Assembly: GCA_035703895.1 (NCBI GenBank)
Contig: DASSXJ010000113.1
Span: 4,159 to 68,158, forward strand
Source of the DNA: a bacterium
GTDB lineage: Bacteria; Sysuimicrobiota; Sysuimicrobiia; Sysuimicrobiales; Segetimicrobiaceae
Length of the DNA stretch: 64,000 nt
Direction of reading: 5' to 3'
Shown piece by piece: positions 1-9,341 of the stretch. Made by a program: the position numbers and the translations under genes. The notes beneath the pieces are model-generated. The model searched no databases and was not told the DNA's origin. It saw only the letters and a program-made list of their open reading frames with translations. The first letter of the stretch is position 1; the number at the start of each line of letters is the position of its first letter.

Positions 1-130
1 CATGAGCGATGCGCCGCTGGTCTTCCTCTACTCGCTCAACTTTGTGCTCGGCTATAAGGCGACGCTCACGGGCGTGCGTTTGCTGCCCAATCGTTTCGTG
101 GACTTTCGGGAGGCGAAACGGGTTCGATAG
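1..130 (+). CDS. C-terminal fragment of an ABC transporter substrate-binding protein (family 5); gene begins upstream of the window
   Basis: Frame 2 reads ...DAPLVFLYSLNFVLGYKATLTGVRLLPNRFVDFREAKRVR and stops at TAG 128-130. It resembles the C-termini of the complete family-5 SBPs elsewhere in the window. Two Dpp-type permease genes follow, matching the SBP-permease-permease order of the other loci. Confidence 0.5.
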   Translation, partial: MSDAPLVFLYSLNFVLGYKATLTGVRLLPNRFVDFREAKRVR

Positions 131-176
131 CGGGGCCAGAGTCCGAGCGCGCCGACTTCCGCCGGGTGTCTCTGTC

Positions 177-1097
177 GTGGTAACCTACGTCGTGCGCCGG
201 TTCGCGGAAATGGCGCCGACGTTATTCGGCGTGTCCATCGTCGTGTTCATGATTGTTCGGATGGTACCCGGCGATCCCGCGCGCCTGATTGCCGGAGTGG
301 AAGCCAGTGAGGCGGACGTCACGAACATCCGCCGGCAGCTTGGACTGACCGACTCCCTCCCCCAGCAATACGCGCGCTTCCTGAGCGGTGTGGTGACGGG
401 AGACTTTGGCCGCTCCCTAAAGAATCACCAACCCGTCCTGGCCATCATAGCCCAACAGCTGCCGTACACCGTGCAGCTGGCCGCCGCAAGCCTCGTCGTG
501 ACGCTCAGCATGGGGCTCACCGCCGGCGTGCTCGCGGCCGTCAAGCGGGGCACGGTGCTTGACAGCGGCAGCATGGTGCTCGCGCTGCTGGGCGTGAGCA
601 TGCCAAGCTTCTGGCTCGGTCTGATGATGATTTTCCTCTTCGCCGTCACCCTACGCTGGCTCCCGACGAGCGGCGCGGGGAGCCTACGGCACCTCATCAT
701 GCCGGCCATCACGCTGGGGATCGGGTCGGTCGGGATCGTCGCCAGGATGACGCGCGCCAGCCTGCTCGAGGTCCTGGGCCAGGATTTCGTCCGGACGGCG
801 GTCGCCAAAGGGCTCCACCGACGTGCGGTGGTCATGAAGCACGCGCTCCGTAACGCCATGATTCCGACCGCCACGGTCGTCGGCGTCCAGATCGGCACGC
901 TGCTCGCCGGGTCGGTCGTCACCGAGACGGTATTTGCCTGGCCGGGCGCGGGGCGCCTGCTCGTCGATTCCGTGGCTTTTCGAGACTATCCGCTCATTCA
1001 GGCGACGATACTGCTGTTTGCTCTGGTCTTCATGCTGGCGAATCTCCTGGTGGATGTCTCGTACGCGGTCTTGGATCCGCGCATCCGGTACGACTAG
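177..1097 (+). CDS. ABC transporter permease (DppB/OppB-like, peptide/opine family)
   Basis: ORF 9..1097. The conserved N-terminus YVVRRFAEMAPTLFGVSIVVF points to a GTG start near 177 (alternative ATG at 210). An EAA-like loop and multiple TM segments are present, and it ends in ...LDPRIRYD as DppB proteins typically do. Confidence 0.85.
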   Translation: MVTYVVRRFAEMAPTLFGVSIVVFMIVRMVPGDPARLIAGVEASEADVTNIRRQLGLTDSLPQQYARFLSGVVTGDFGRSLKNHQPVLAIIAQQLPYTVQLAAASLVVTLSMGLTAGVLAAVKRGTVLDSGSMVLALLGVSMPSFWLGLMMIFLFAVTLRWLPTSGAGSLRHLIMPAITLGIGSVGIVARMTRASLLEVLGQDFVRTAVAKGLHRRAVVMKHALRNAMIPTATVVGVQIGTLLAGSVVTETVFAWPGAGRLLVDSVAFRDYPLIQATILLFALVFMLANLLVDVSYAVLDPRIRYD

Positions 1098-1111
1098 GAC
1101 GCCATCGCCAT

Positions 1112-2005
1112 ATGACGCCAGGAGATCCAACACCGGTTTCCCGGACAGCGGCACCCATGCGGGTTCGGCGAGGGCCGATGTCTAGGCTGCTCCGGAACCG
1201 GGCGGCCGTGGGGGGAGGTGTGGTCGTGCTGGCCGCGGCTCTGGTGGGCCTTCTGGCCCCGGTCGTCGCTCCGTATGATCCGCTTCGGGTAGACTTGTCC
1301 GCGGCTTGGGACCACCCGGACGCCCGGCACCTTCTGGGCGCCGACGAGCTCGGCCGCGACATTTTGAGTCGGATCATCTACGGCAGCCGTACTTCTCTGG
1401 AAATCGCCGTCGTCGGCGTGACCATCGCCCTCGCCCTCGCATTGCTGATCGGGCCGCCGGCCGGATTCTACGGCGGGTGGCTCGATCGCCTGCTCATGCG
1501 ACTGGTGGATGTGATGCTCGCGTTTCCGAGCATCCTGCTTGCGATCGTCATCATCGCGATCATCAGGCCGGGCGTCCTCAGCACCATGCTCGCAGTTGGC
1601 ATCTCCTCGGTCCCGACCTTCGCGCGCCTCGCCAGAGGGTCGACGCTCTCACTGCGCAACGAGGAGTACGTCACGGCGGCACGCGCCGTTGGGGCCACCG
1701 ATGCGCACATCATCGGCGCCCACATCCTCCCCAACCTCGTGACGCCACTTATCGTCCAGTCGACACTTCGGCTCAGCACGATGGTACTGACAGCGGCGGG
1801 GTTGTCGTTCATCGGCCTCGGCGTGCAGCCGCCCTTCCCCGAGTGGGGGACGATGATGAGTCAGGCGCGGTCGGCGATCCGCGAGGCGCCGTTTGGAATC
1901 CTCTTCCCGGGGTTGGCGCTGATGCTTGTGGTGCTTGGCTTTAACCTACTTGGTGACGGCCTACGCGATGCGCTTGATCCGCGCGACGTCAAGCAGGACG
2001 TCTAG
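1112..2005 (+). CDS. ABC transporter permease (DppC/OppC-like)
   Basis: 297-aa ORF with the DppC-type motif LGADELGRDILSRIIYGSRTSL and C-terminus ...GDGLRDALDPR. The start is uncertain (ATG at 1112, 1157 or 1178). It overlaps the convergent downstream gene by 17 nt. Confidence 0.85.
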   Translation: MTPGDPTPVSRTAAPMRVRRGPMSRLLRNRAAVGGGVVVLAAALVGLLAPVVAPYDPLRVDLSAAWDHPDARHLLGADELGRDILSRIIYGSRTSLEIAVVGVTIALALALLIGPPAGFYGGWLDRLLMRLVDVMLAFPSILLAIVIIAIIRPGVLSTMLAVGISSVPTFARLARGSTLSLRNEEYVTAARAVGATDAHIIGAHILPNLVTPLIVQSTLRLSTMVLTAAGLSFIGLGVQPPFPEWGTMMSQARSAIREAPFGILFPGLALMLVVLGFNLLGDGLRDALDPRDVKQDV

Positions 2006-4037
2006 AGCGCGCCACCTCCACCATCGCGTCGAAGGCCGCCTGGCCCGCGGAGAAGCCGAAGGTGTCGACCGCTTCGTCGGGGATCGAGGGAGCCCCCGAG
2101 GTGAGGTTGTTCAACCCTTGCCAGCCGTCACGCATCCACACGGTCCCCGGCGGGATCCGGTCGGTGACGTGTGCGTGCGCCTCGAACTCACCCCGGTCGT
2201 TGAAGATGCGGATCGGTGCGCCGTTCTCCAGGCCTCGTGCCGCCGCATCCGCCGGCGAGACCCACAACTCCGGCCCGGGGTCGAGCCGCGCGAGCGTGGG
2301 CAGCGCCTGGCCGTGGTCGTAGAAGCCGTGAAACTGGGTCAGCGTCCGTCCCTGGCGGAAGCTCAACGGGTAGCCGTCGGACGCGGGCGGCGGGACGTAA
2401 ACCGGCAGGGCTGGAAGCCCGATGGATTTCGCACGCTCCGAGTAGAATTCGATCTTGCGGGAGGGTGTGGGGAAGGCCAGGTCGGGGTGGGCGACGTGGG
2501 AGATGCGCAGTGCCCGGATCCCACCCTCGGCGCGCAGCGCGGCCACGGTCACGCGGCCTGTCGCCGGATGATCGAGCAGGGCGTCGATCAGCCCCTCGTC
2601 CGATTCCCATGGGAAGAAGTCCGCGAGATCAAGGCGGCGTGCCAGCTCACGGAGAATCCGCGTCAACGACCGCGCCTCACCGGCCGGGTCGAGGATCCTC
2701 GGCATGAGGTAGAGGTGGGTGTTCGTGCTCTTGCAGCCCAGCTCCTCAAGCCACGCCGTCGCGGGGAGGACCACATCGGCGAAGCGGCGGGCCGTGTCGT
2801 TCATGAAAAGGTCGTGACAGACGATGAGGTCGGCCCGGGCGAGCCCCCCGGCCACGCGGTCCGCGTCGGCGAACGAAGAGAGCATATCGGTTCCCAGCAG
2901 GAAGAGGACGCGGACGCTGCCGTCGCACAGAGCCTCTGTCATCCGGGACATCTGGTTCGGGACGTAGCGCCCCGGCGGCCGGCGTTCCAGAGCGGTGATG
3001 TCCCCGAGCGCCTGGCCGTGGCTCGCGCCCCCGTGCCGTGGCCCGAGGCCTCCGCCCGGGACGCCGAGGTTTCCGGTGAGCGCTGGGAGACATGCGACGG
3101 CCCGACCCCCCTGCCAGCCGTTCGCGCCCTTGTGCATGGAGCTGCCCCCGAGAAGGATCATCGCGGGCCGGCTTGTGGCGTAGCGGCGGGCGAGCGCCAC
3201 GATCCGATCGGCCGTGAGCCCAGTCTCCCGCGCCGCCCATTCGGGGGAATACGTCCGGATGTGCTCGGTCAGCCGGTCGAAGCCGACCGTATGCGCTTCG
3301 ACGAACTTGGAGTCGTAGAGCCCCTCGCCGACGATCGTGTGGATCAGCGCGAGGGCGAGCGCGGCGTCGGTCCCGGGCCGGATGATGAAGACCTCGTTTG
3401 AGTGCGCCGCCGCCTCGGTGTGGCGTACGTCGATCGTGACGACCCACGCCCCGCGCCGCTTCGCAGCCGCGAGGTAGCGGGCGGTGTTCGGCTGGCTCGC
3501 CAGGTTCGCCCCCCAGAGGAGGATGAAGTTGGCGTGCGCACCCATGTCCTCCTTAGTATTCGTCTCGAGCGGACCCGTGAGCCCGATCCCCAGACCCCCA
3601 AGCCCCCAGCAGATTATCGCCGGGTGCCACCACTGGCAGCCGTAGAGGTTGGCAAAGCGCCGCAAGAGCTGCGGGGCGATGCGCGTCCCGTAATTGTTGG
3701 CAAAGTGGCCGTGGCCCTGCCAGAGCCCCACCGCCTCCCGCCCGGCGGCCTGCATCCGCGCCACGATCAACTCGAACGCTTCGTCCCAGGTCGCCCGCCG
3801 CCAGGCGCCGTCGATTCTTCGGTTGCGAACCAGCGGAAAGAGCACCCGCTTCGGGTTCCCGATGATCTCCCGCGAGGCCTGTCCCCGGATACAGAGGAAT
3901 CCCTGGCTGTCTGGGTTCTCGGGATCGCCCCGCACACCGATGAGTCGCCCGTCCTCCGCTTCCACCAGCATCCCGCAGAGTGTGGGGTGGCAGTTCATGG
4001 GGCACATCGTGCGGATCGTGCGGCGCGCGGCGACCAC
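1989..4037 (-). CDS. molybdopterin-dependent oxidoreductase catalytic subunit (assimilatory nitrate reductase / formate dehydrogenase-like, cytoplasmic)
   Basis: 682 aa. The N-terminal Cys cluster TMCPMNCHPTLC...C is the 4Fe-4S motif of the DMSO-reductase superfamily. Its length and MopB/molybdopterin-binding-like regions fit. No twin-arginine signal. GTG start at 4037 is preceded by a GGGAGGGAG Shine-Dalgarno (SD) sequence 7 nt upstream. Confidence 0.85.
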   Translation of the reverse strand: MVAARRTIRTMCPMNCHPTLCGMLVEAEDGRLIGVRGDPENPDSQGFLCIRGQASREIIGNPKRVLFPLVRNRRIDGAWRRATWDEAFELIVARMQAAGREAVGLWQGHGHFANNYGTRIAPQLLRRFANLYGCQWWHPAIICWGLGGLGIGLTGPLETNTKEDMGAHANFILLWGANLASQPNTARYLAAAKRRGAWVVTIDVRHTEAAAHSNEVFIIRPGTDAALALALIHTIVGEGLYDSKFVEAHTVGFDRLTEHIRTYSPEWAARETGLTADRIVALARRYATSRPAMILLGGSSMHKGANGWQGGRAVACLPALTGNLGVPGGGLGPRHGGASHGQALGDITALERRPPGRYVPNQMSRMTEALCDGSVRVLFLLGTDMLSSFADADRVAGGLARADLIVCHDLFMNDTARRFADVVLPATAWLEELGCKSTNTHLYLMPRILDPAGEARSLTRILRELARRLDLADFFPWESDEGLIDALLDHPATGRVTVAALRAEGGIRALRISHVAHPDLAFPTPSRKIEFYSERAKSIGLPALPVYVPPPASDGYPLSFRQGRTLTQFHGFYDHGQALPTLARLDPGPELWVSPADAAARGLENGAPIRIFNDRGEFEAHAHVTDRIPPGTVWMRDGWQGLNNLTSGAPSIPDEAVDTFGFSAGQAAFDAMVEVARSRRPA

Positions 4038-4222
4038 GGAGCTCCCTCCCCTCTCCCATCCCCACCCGCCGTTCGGGCGAAGGCAGGCGCTACGAGTCCC
4101 GAGTTGAAACTCATACTCTTTACGAGAAGCGTTGGTGCTCCCGTGCCGGTGCGCTTCGCCAGCATGTCAAGGAAATACTCCCCCGGAAGCACATCAAAGG
4201 CTCGGTGCGACCCTGTTCGGCA

Positions 4223-4251
4223 TTGACTATCGAACATCTGTGCGGTATTAT
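4223..4251 (+). promoter_or_regulatory. sigma-70-like promoter, TTGACT-N17-TATTAT
   Basis: TTGACT at 4223-4228, a 17-nt spacer, then TATTAT at 4246-4251. It lies in a lower-GC island, about 40 nt upstream of the small ORF at 4293, which has an AAAGAGG RBS. Confidence 0.45.
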
Positions 4252-4292
4252 CGTGCCGCTCCAATCGCTCTCCCAAAGAGGTCCCGGGTCAC

Positions 4293-4541
4293 ATGAGGAG
4301 GCTCGTCAATCCCGTGAGGCGCCGACAGCAGGAGCTAGGGTGGAGTGATGAACACACCGCTTACCGGGTCCGGATCGAGCTGGAACGATACCTCATGATT
4401 GTCAACGGGAACGGGAATCCGGAGCCGGATGAGATTGAAAAAATCGTGGCTGAGATGGCGCTGGCCCGGAACGAATTGTTGAATTGGGTCAGAACGTCAA
4501 CTGCCCAGGCCGAACGCGGCTTGCAGTCCTTCCGGGAGTGA
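4293..4541 (+). CDS. small hypothetical protein (82 aa)
   Basis: ORF MRRLVNPVRRRQQELGWSDEHTAYRVRIELERYLMIVNGNGNPEPDEIEKIVAEMALARNELLNWVRTSTAQAERGLQSFRE in an otherwise ORF-poor intergenic island. It is preceded by a near-consensus promoter and an RBS. No family recognised. Confidence 0.4.
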   Translation: MRRLVNPVRRRQQELGWSDEHTAYRVRIELERYLMIVNGNGNPEPDEIEKIVAEMALARNELLNWVRTSTAQAERGLQSFRE

Positions 4542-4644
4542 GGGCAGACCTCCGGAACGTCGAATGTCACACTTCGGGGCAGTGATGACGGCTCCCAATC
4601 CTAAGACGAATGGCCACAAGCCCACGTGCGCGGGGACAATTCGG

Positions 4645-5244
4645 CTACCTCACGACGCGAAAGCGGAGATTCGCCAGTTGCCCTGACTGGGTCACGCTCG
4701 TCGTCTCTAAATCGATCGGCAGAGTCCACGGTCGGTCGTACAGCCGAACGCCGTCGCCGAACAAGACCGGCGTCAGATGCACAAGGATCTCGTCGAGAAG
4801 TCCTGCCTGGATGCATTGTTGCGCGACGTTGGCGCCGATGACAACAACATTCTTGCCCTTGGCAGCGTGAAGCGCCGTGGTGACCGCGGACCGGATATCC
4901 CCTGAGAGGAACGTGATCGTCGGATCTTCGGGGGCGTCCGGAGCGCGGTGCGTGAGTACGAATTGCGGGCCGGCCCAGGCTCCACCGTAGACCTTGCGGA
5001 TTTCGGCGCGTTGCCCTTTGCCTCTCCCCACGTCGTAGCTACGCCGCCCCGCCAGCACCGCGCCGGTTGTGTTGATGATCTCGTCCATGATCGCCTCAAT
5101 ACCGGAGGCTTCTCGCGGTCCCGAATATCGCGAAATCCAGTCCATGGCATCGGCAGGGCCGGCGATGAACCCGTCCAAGGACATCGTCACGTGCCAGACG
5201 ACTTTGCCGGCCGGGCTTCCATTACGCCTCCGCTCATCCGCCAT
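4645..5244 (-). CDS. dihydrofolate reductase family protein (RibD C-terminal domain type)
   Basis: The motif KVVWHVTMSLDGFIAGP...VVVIGANVAQQCIQAGLLDEILVHLTPVLFGDG is typical of the RibD_C/DHFR-like family. Start taken at the internal ATG at 5244 (MADERRR...), which has an AAGGAGG SD 7 nt upstream. Confidence 0.8.
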   Translation of the reverse strand: MADERRRNGSPAGKVVWHVTMSLDGFIAGPADAMDWISRYSGPREASGIEAIMDEIINTTGAVLAGRRSYDVGRGKGQRAEIRKVYGGAWAGPQFVLTHRAPDAPEDPTITFLSGDIRSAVTTALHAAKGKNVVVIGANVAQQCIQAGLLDEILVHLTPVLFGDGVRLYDRPWTLPIDLETTSVTQSGQLANLRFRVVR

Positions 5245-5570
5245 GAGAACCTCCTTTCTCTCCCTCTGCAGAAGCTCTCTCATGATGTCCCCCTTGCGGT
5301 CGGGGCGGATCTAGGGGCCGGACGGTCTCGACCGGGCGCACCCTCGCTCCACCACCGATGGCTCTTCTCTCACTGGGTAGTCGAACGAGCGGCATCGAAA
5401 TCGACATTTTCGCCGCCGGGCCGTTACTTCAGAAGCAAAGTAAGCGTACGATGGTTTTGTGGGCAGGTCGTGGAGGCACTGTGGAGAGATTGTGGAGGTT
5501 TCCCCCGGCGCCACCTCGCATCCGGTCAACTCAACCGAGTGCCACGTGGGCTACGGGCGGCCGAACAGGG

Positions 5571-6683
5571 TCAGTGGCCAAGCAACGCGTCTTTGAGCGG
5601 CGCGCGCCAAGCGTGGGCGATCGGGTCGTAGAGGCCGAAGCCCGAGGCGAGCTCCCAGTAACTCCATGCGATGCCGCGGGCTTCCGCTTGATCGCGCATG
5701 AGGCGCGTGAAGGTGACGCGGGACCGCATGTCCGCCTTTCGGTAGGCACCGAATTCACCAAGGAAGATAGGATAGCGCATGGCGTCCGACCAGGCCTTGG
5801 CCGCCACCAGCGGCGCGGTGGCCTCGGCCTGCTGGCTGGCGTCGCAGCAGGACACGCCCGTGGGCCGCGTCGGTGACACCCACTCCGCGCCTTGATGGGT
5901 GAAGTTGAACGGCTGGTAGTTGTGGACCGTGACGATGAGGTTCGCGTCATCGGGAAGATGCAGGGACCACAGCGCCTTCGCGGCGTTCCAGCTCGTCGGG
6001 CCGATGACGACGATGCGGCCCGGGTTGCTCTTCCGGACCACGTTGAGCGCCCGCGCCGCGAGGCCGTCCCACGTTGAGGGCGTGAGCCGGCCATGCGGTT
6101 CGTTATAGAGCTCGAAGAGCAGGTGGTCGTTCTTGTCGCGAAACCGCTCCGCGATCTGCTGCCACAGAATCAGATATCGCACGTCTAAGACCGCGCTGTC
6201 GACCGCGAACTCTCCCGAGTTGAGCGTATCGCCGTCGAGCTGCCGGTAGTGGTGCATGTTCAGTACGACGTAGAGGCCCTTGGCCAGCAGCTTGTCGACC
6301 ACCGAATCGACGCGCGCGAAGAACAGCGGGTCGATCGTGAACGGTACCGTTGCGGCCGCGTGGTTGCTCCAGCGCACCGGAAGCCTCACCGAGGCGAACC
6401 CTGCTTCGGCCGTGACCTCGATAAACTCGTCGCGCGCGGTCAGGCCCCAGTCGCCTTCTTTGGGCGCGTCCAGCATGTTGCCGAAGTTCACCCCGCGCCC
6501 CAGCGCGGCGGCCATGGCGCGGGCCGCACCGGAGGCGCCGGGCGGATGGTCGTTGGGCATGGGGGGAAAGGCTTCGATACTGGGGTTGTCCGCCGGACTC
6601 GGGCCGGCCGCCGTGGCGTGCCATCCGGAGGCCGAGACCATCGCGAGGAGCGCCGGCACACATAGACCTCGGACGAACCACAT
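5571..6683 (-). CDS. secreted glycoside hydrolase family 5 (cellulase/endoglucanase-like)
   Basis: GH5 signature NEPHG, with catalytic Glu context LFELYNEP..., plus GEFG later. N-terminal signal peptide MWFVRGLCVPALLAMVSASG. Start chosen at ATG 6683. The longer ORF to 6875 is unlikely because it overlaps the upstream gene. Confidence 0.8.
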   Translation of the reverse strand: MWFVRGLCVPALLAMVSASGWHATAAGPSPADNPSIEAFPPMPNDHPPGASGAARAMAAALGRGVNFGNMLDAPKEGDWGLTARDEFIEVTAEAGFASVRLPVRWSNHAAATVPFTIDPLFFARVDSVVDKLLAKGLYVVLNMHHYRQLDGDTLNSGEFAVDSAVLDVRYLILWQQIAERFRDKNDHLLFELYNEPHGRLTPSTWDGLAARALNVVRKSNPGRIVVIGPTSWNAAKALWSLHLPDDANLIVTVHNYQPFNFTHQGAEWVSPTRPTGVSCCDASQQAEATAPLVAAKAWSDAMRYPIFLGEFGAYRKADMRSRVTFTRLMRDQAEARGIAWSYWELASGFGLYDPIAHAWRAPLKDALLGH

Positions 6684-6780
6684 CTTGATCGGCCTCGCTA
6701 GATGCAACGCTCGCTGAATGCAATGCTCGCCGGATTCCATAGTGCGGTCCGCGGACCCTGCAAGCAAGCGGGATGGACCG

Positions 6781-7209
6781 TCATTCTTGGGTCCGAGCGA
6801 GACTCCCCGCCACCGACGTGATCGTTGCCAACAGAGCAGCCGGGAGTAGCAGCACCCCGATGCTCGCGGCACCAAGGACCACAGAGATCCACAACAATGA
6901 GGTAAGCGCCCAGAGTATCGTCAGCGCTGCTTTGCCCCTCCGCCGGCTGTGCCGGTAGGCGACAGCGGCGACACTGACCACGACCAGGAACAAGACGACG
7001 AAAAAGACCACCCCGAGAGGTTCGAGGCTCCTCTGCACCACACTGGTGGACCCGCTGACCGTGGTGGTTCTCCCATTGCTCCTGATGGCACTTCCCACAT
7101 ACCGGGATGTCGGACCAAATACGGCGTAGGCCCAACCGAGGAGGCCGAGCACGCCGGTGGCAAGCCCGCTCATCAATTCAATGCGTCTGAGCATTGCTGA
7201 ACTGGTCAC
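6781..7209 (-). CDS. hypothetical membrane protein (142 aa, ~4 TM)
   Basis: Hydrophobic segments LATGVLGLLGWAYAVF, VVFFVVLFLVVVSVAAVAY and LTILWALTSLLWISVVLGAASIGVLLLPAALLA. It lies between the patatin gene and the GH5 gene on the same strand. No family recognised. Confidence 0.45.
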   Translation of the reverse strand: MTSSAMLRRIELMSGLATGVLGLLGWAYAVFGPTSRYVGSAIRSNGRTTTVSGSTSVVQRSLEPLGVVFFVVLFLVVVSVAAVAYRHSRRRGKAALTILWALTSLLWISVVLGAASIGVLLLPAALLATITSVAGSLARTQE

Positions 7210-7262
7210 CGTTTCAAGCGGACTCTACAAGCGTCGACCGCCCGCGCTGCCTTGCCGCCGAC

Positions 7263-9119
7263 TCACCCATCAGCAGCCGGTTTTCGCAATGCAGCATACG
7301 CACCCCAGGTTACGAGGATGATGAGGGCGCCCAGGCCTGCGCCGGGCACGATGGCGGCCCCCGGACCGAAGCGCGCGGCTATCTGGCCCGACAACCACGT
7401 CAATCCGGCGAGGACTGCCGTCAACACGATGAGCCCGAGGCATGCGATGCGAGCGATGGAGCGACCCAAGCCAGTCTGACTAAAGGCACCCAGTGCACCC
7501 GACCAGTTCAGCCGGGCCGACGTGGCACCGGGCAGGAGCGCCTTAACGACCGGTTCAAGCAGAACGCGCAGAGGCCTCACGAGCGGTCTCGGAATTGGTA
7601 ACCACCGTCCCGCCAGGACTTCCGCGCGGTCGAGGCCGCACCTTACGATGTCTTTCCCCCGGCTTCCGATGACCTCCTGAAGAGTGGGCACCCGCTGTGG
7701 CGGGGGCACCACAGCCGCCAGATACGTTTGGACCGCATCTCGATCGACCTGCGTCAACCCCAAGGCGTCAAATTGGGCGGGAAGCCAACTCGCCAGCCAC
7801 TCCCGCGCCTCGCTCTGCCCTACGGCGAAATCGTGCTCACGGAACGTTCGGTCCAGAAAACCGCCGAAATGCCCGAAGACTGCCCCCGCCAGCCGCGGCG
7901 TCCCGGGTGTAGGGATGTCTATGGGGATCCGTTCTAAACAAATGACGTCCTTGCGGGCCAGGCCAACGCTCTTCTTGAGTTCCTCGACTTCAGCGGGGTT
8001 GAGGTCCCACCGTTTCACAAGGGCCTCGAGGGCTCTCAGTTGCTCGTTGGTCTTTGCGGCCTCCTCGAAATCCCGGTACAGGGTGTCGGTGAAGTATGCC
8101 TGCTCGATCTTGCTCAGGACGCGGAGCGGCGACAGTCCGTGACTACCGACGGCGGCTGTCCCGATCTGCCCTGTCGCCATCTCGCGGGTCGATGGGTCAG
8201 GCTCGACAACAAGGTATGTCCGGGGGTCTCCCACGCGCCCCGGATCGAGACACGATAGGTATGACACCGCGTCGATGGCCCGCCCGATGGGCTCGTTGTT
8301 GAACACACCGCCATCTACATAGTTGAAGGACCGCGGCTGCTGCAGCTGCGTAGGTGCCAGGCCCGCCTCCTTGAGCCATTGCTGGATGCGGGGATTGGAG
8401 AGGAACTTCAGAGCGTATTCGGGATAGAGCTCCAGATCGCGCTCGAGAACCTGGCTGCGGAACGCAAGCGGGAAGGCTGCAGACGCGACCGCGTTATCAC
8501 GCGCCTCGTCCCACGTTGATTGCCGGCAGGCCCCCCATGTGGTGCGCGTGATGTTTTCGATCGGGACGCTCACGAAACGAATGCTGGGACCGCAGATGAA
8601 GAACGGCGAGTAATCCCGGTAGGATTGCGGGTAGAACGAAACGGCGCCGGCCCCCCAGCATCGCGTGAGGCGAATCTCATACTGGACGCCGTCCAGATTC
8701 GTGAGGGCGATCCACAGGGCGATGACGTTCTCCCCGCGCACGGGCGCCTCCGGGGACGGTGGCTCGGGGAGCACCCGCGACGCCACACTGTCAATCGACG
8801 CCTCGGTGAAAAACGCCGCTGCAGGGTCGGCCGCAGGGTCCAGGAGCGCTAGGATATCGAGGCCATCAACCCAACATGCGCGCAGCTGTGCTCGTAAGTC
8901 TTGTGCTGACTTCCCCAGGGCCAGCGCCTGCGCGAGAATCAGCCCAGTGACCGAACCTGCTGACGCGCCGGCGATCGCATCGATCACCAGGCGCGCTCGG
9001 CCCCTGGTCATGCGATTGCACGCTTCGAAATCTTGGTAGAGCTGCGCGAGCACGCCGGCCTCATATGTGCCGAGCGAGATCGCACCAGACACGACGAGCG
9101 CGAACCTGTGTGTCTTCAT
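7263..9119 (-). CDS. patatin-like phospholipase with C-terminal transmembrane anchor
   Basis: Patatin hallmarks: a GxGxxG-like oxyanion region near the N-terminus (VVSGAISLGTYEAG), the GxSxG lipase motif IAGASAGSVTG, and a DGG(v) Asp dyad region (YVDGGVFNNEP). Two hydrophobic helices lie at the C-terminus. Start ATG at 9119 has a GAGGGTGG SD. Confidence 0.85.
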   Translation of the reverse strand: MKTHRFALVVSGAISLGTYEAGVLAQLYQDFEACNRMTRGRARLVIDAIAGASAGSVTGLILAQALALGKSAQDLRAQLRACWVDGLDILALLDPAADPAAAFFTEASIDSVASRVLPEPPSPEAPVRGENVIALWIALTNLDGVQYEIRLTRCWGAGAVSFYPQSYRDYSPFFICGPSIRFVSVPIENITRTTWGACRQSTWDEARDNAVASAAFPLAFRSQVLERDLELYPEYALKFLSNPRIQQWLKEAGLAPTQLQQPRSFNYVDGGVFNNEPIGRAIDAVSYLSCLDPGRVGDPRTYLVVEPDPSTREMATGQIGTAAVGSHGLSPLRVLSKIEQAYFTDTLYRDFEEAAKTNEQLRALEALVKRWDLNPAEVEELKKSVGLARKDVICLERIPIDIPTPGTPRLAGAVFGHFGGFLDRTFREHDFAVGQSEAREWLASWLPAQFDALGLTQVDRDAVQTYLAAVVPPPQRVPTLQEVIGSRGKDIVRCGLDRAEVLAGRWLPIPRPLVRPLRVLLEPVVKALLPGATSARLNWSGALGAFSQTGLGRSIARIACLGLIVLTAVLAGLTWLSGQIAARFGPGAAIVPGAGLGALIILVTWGAYAALRKPAADG

Positions 9120-9341
9120 GGCCCCACCACCCTCGAATGGTGCTGAACGCGTCGCCCCCGAACACACTTTCTTACTTGCGTCCGTGGACGCGGGTGCGGT
9201 AATGTTGCGCTATACTAACCAACGTCGCGCTTCCTTGACCTTGAGGTTTTTCTTCCCGTGCACATTACTCCTTTCCGCGATGGAGGGTCCCCCAAGCAGT
9301 AGGCGGTGCGATACACGACAGAGGGATGTTGAGAGGGTCTC

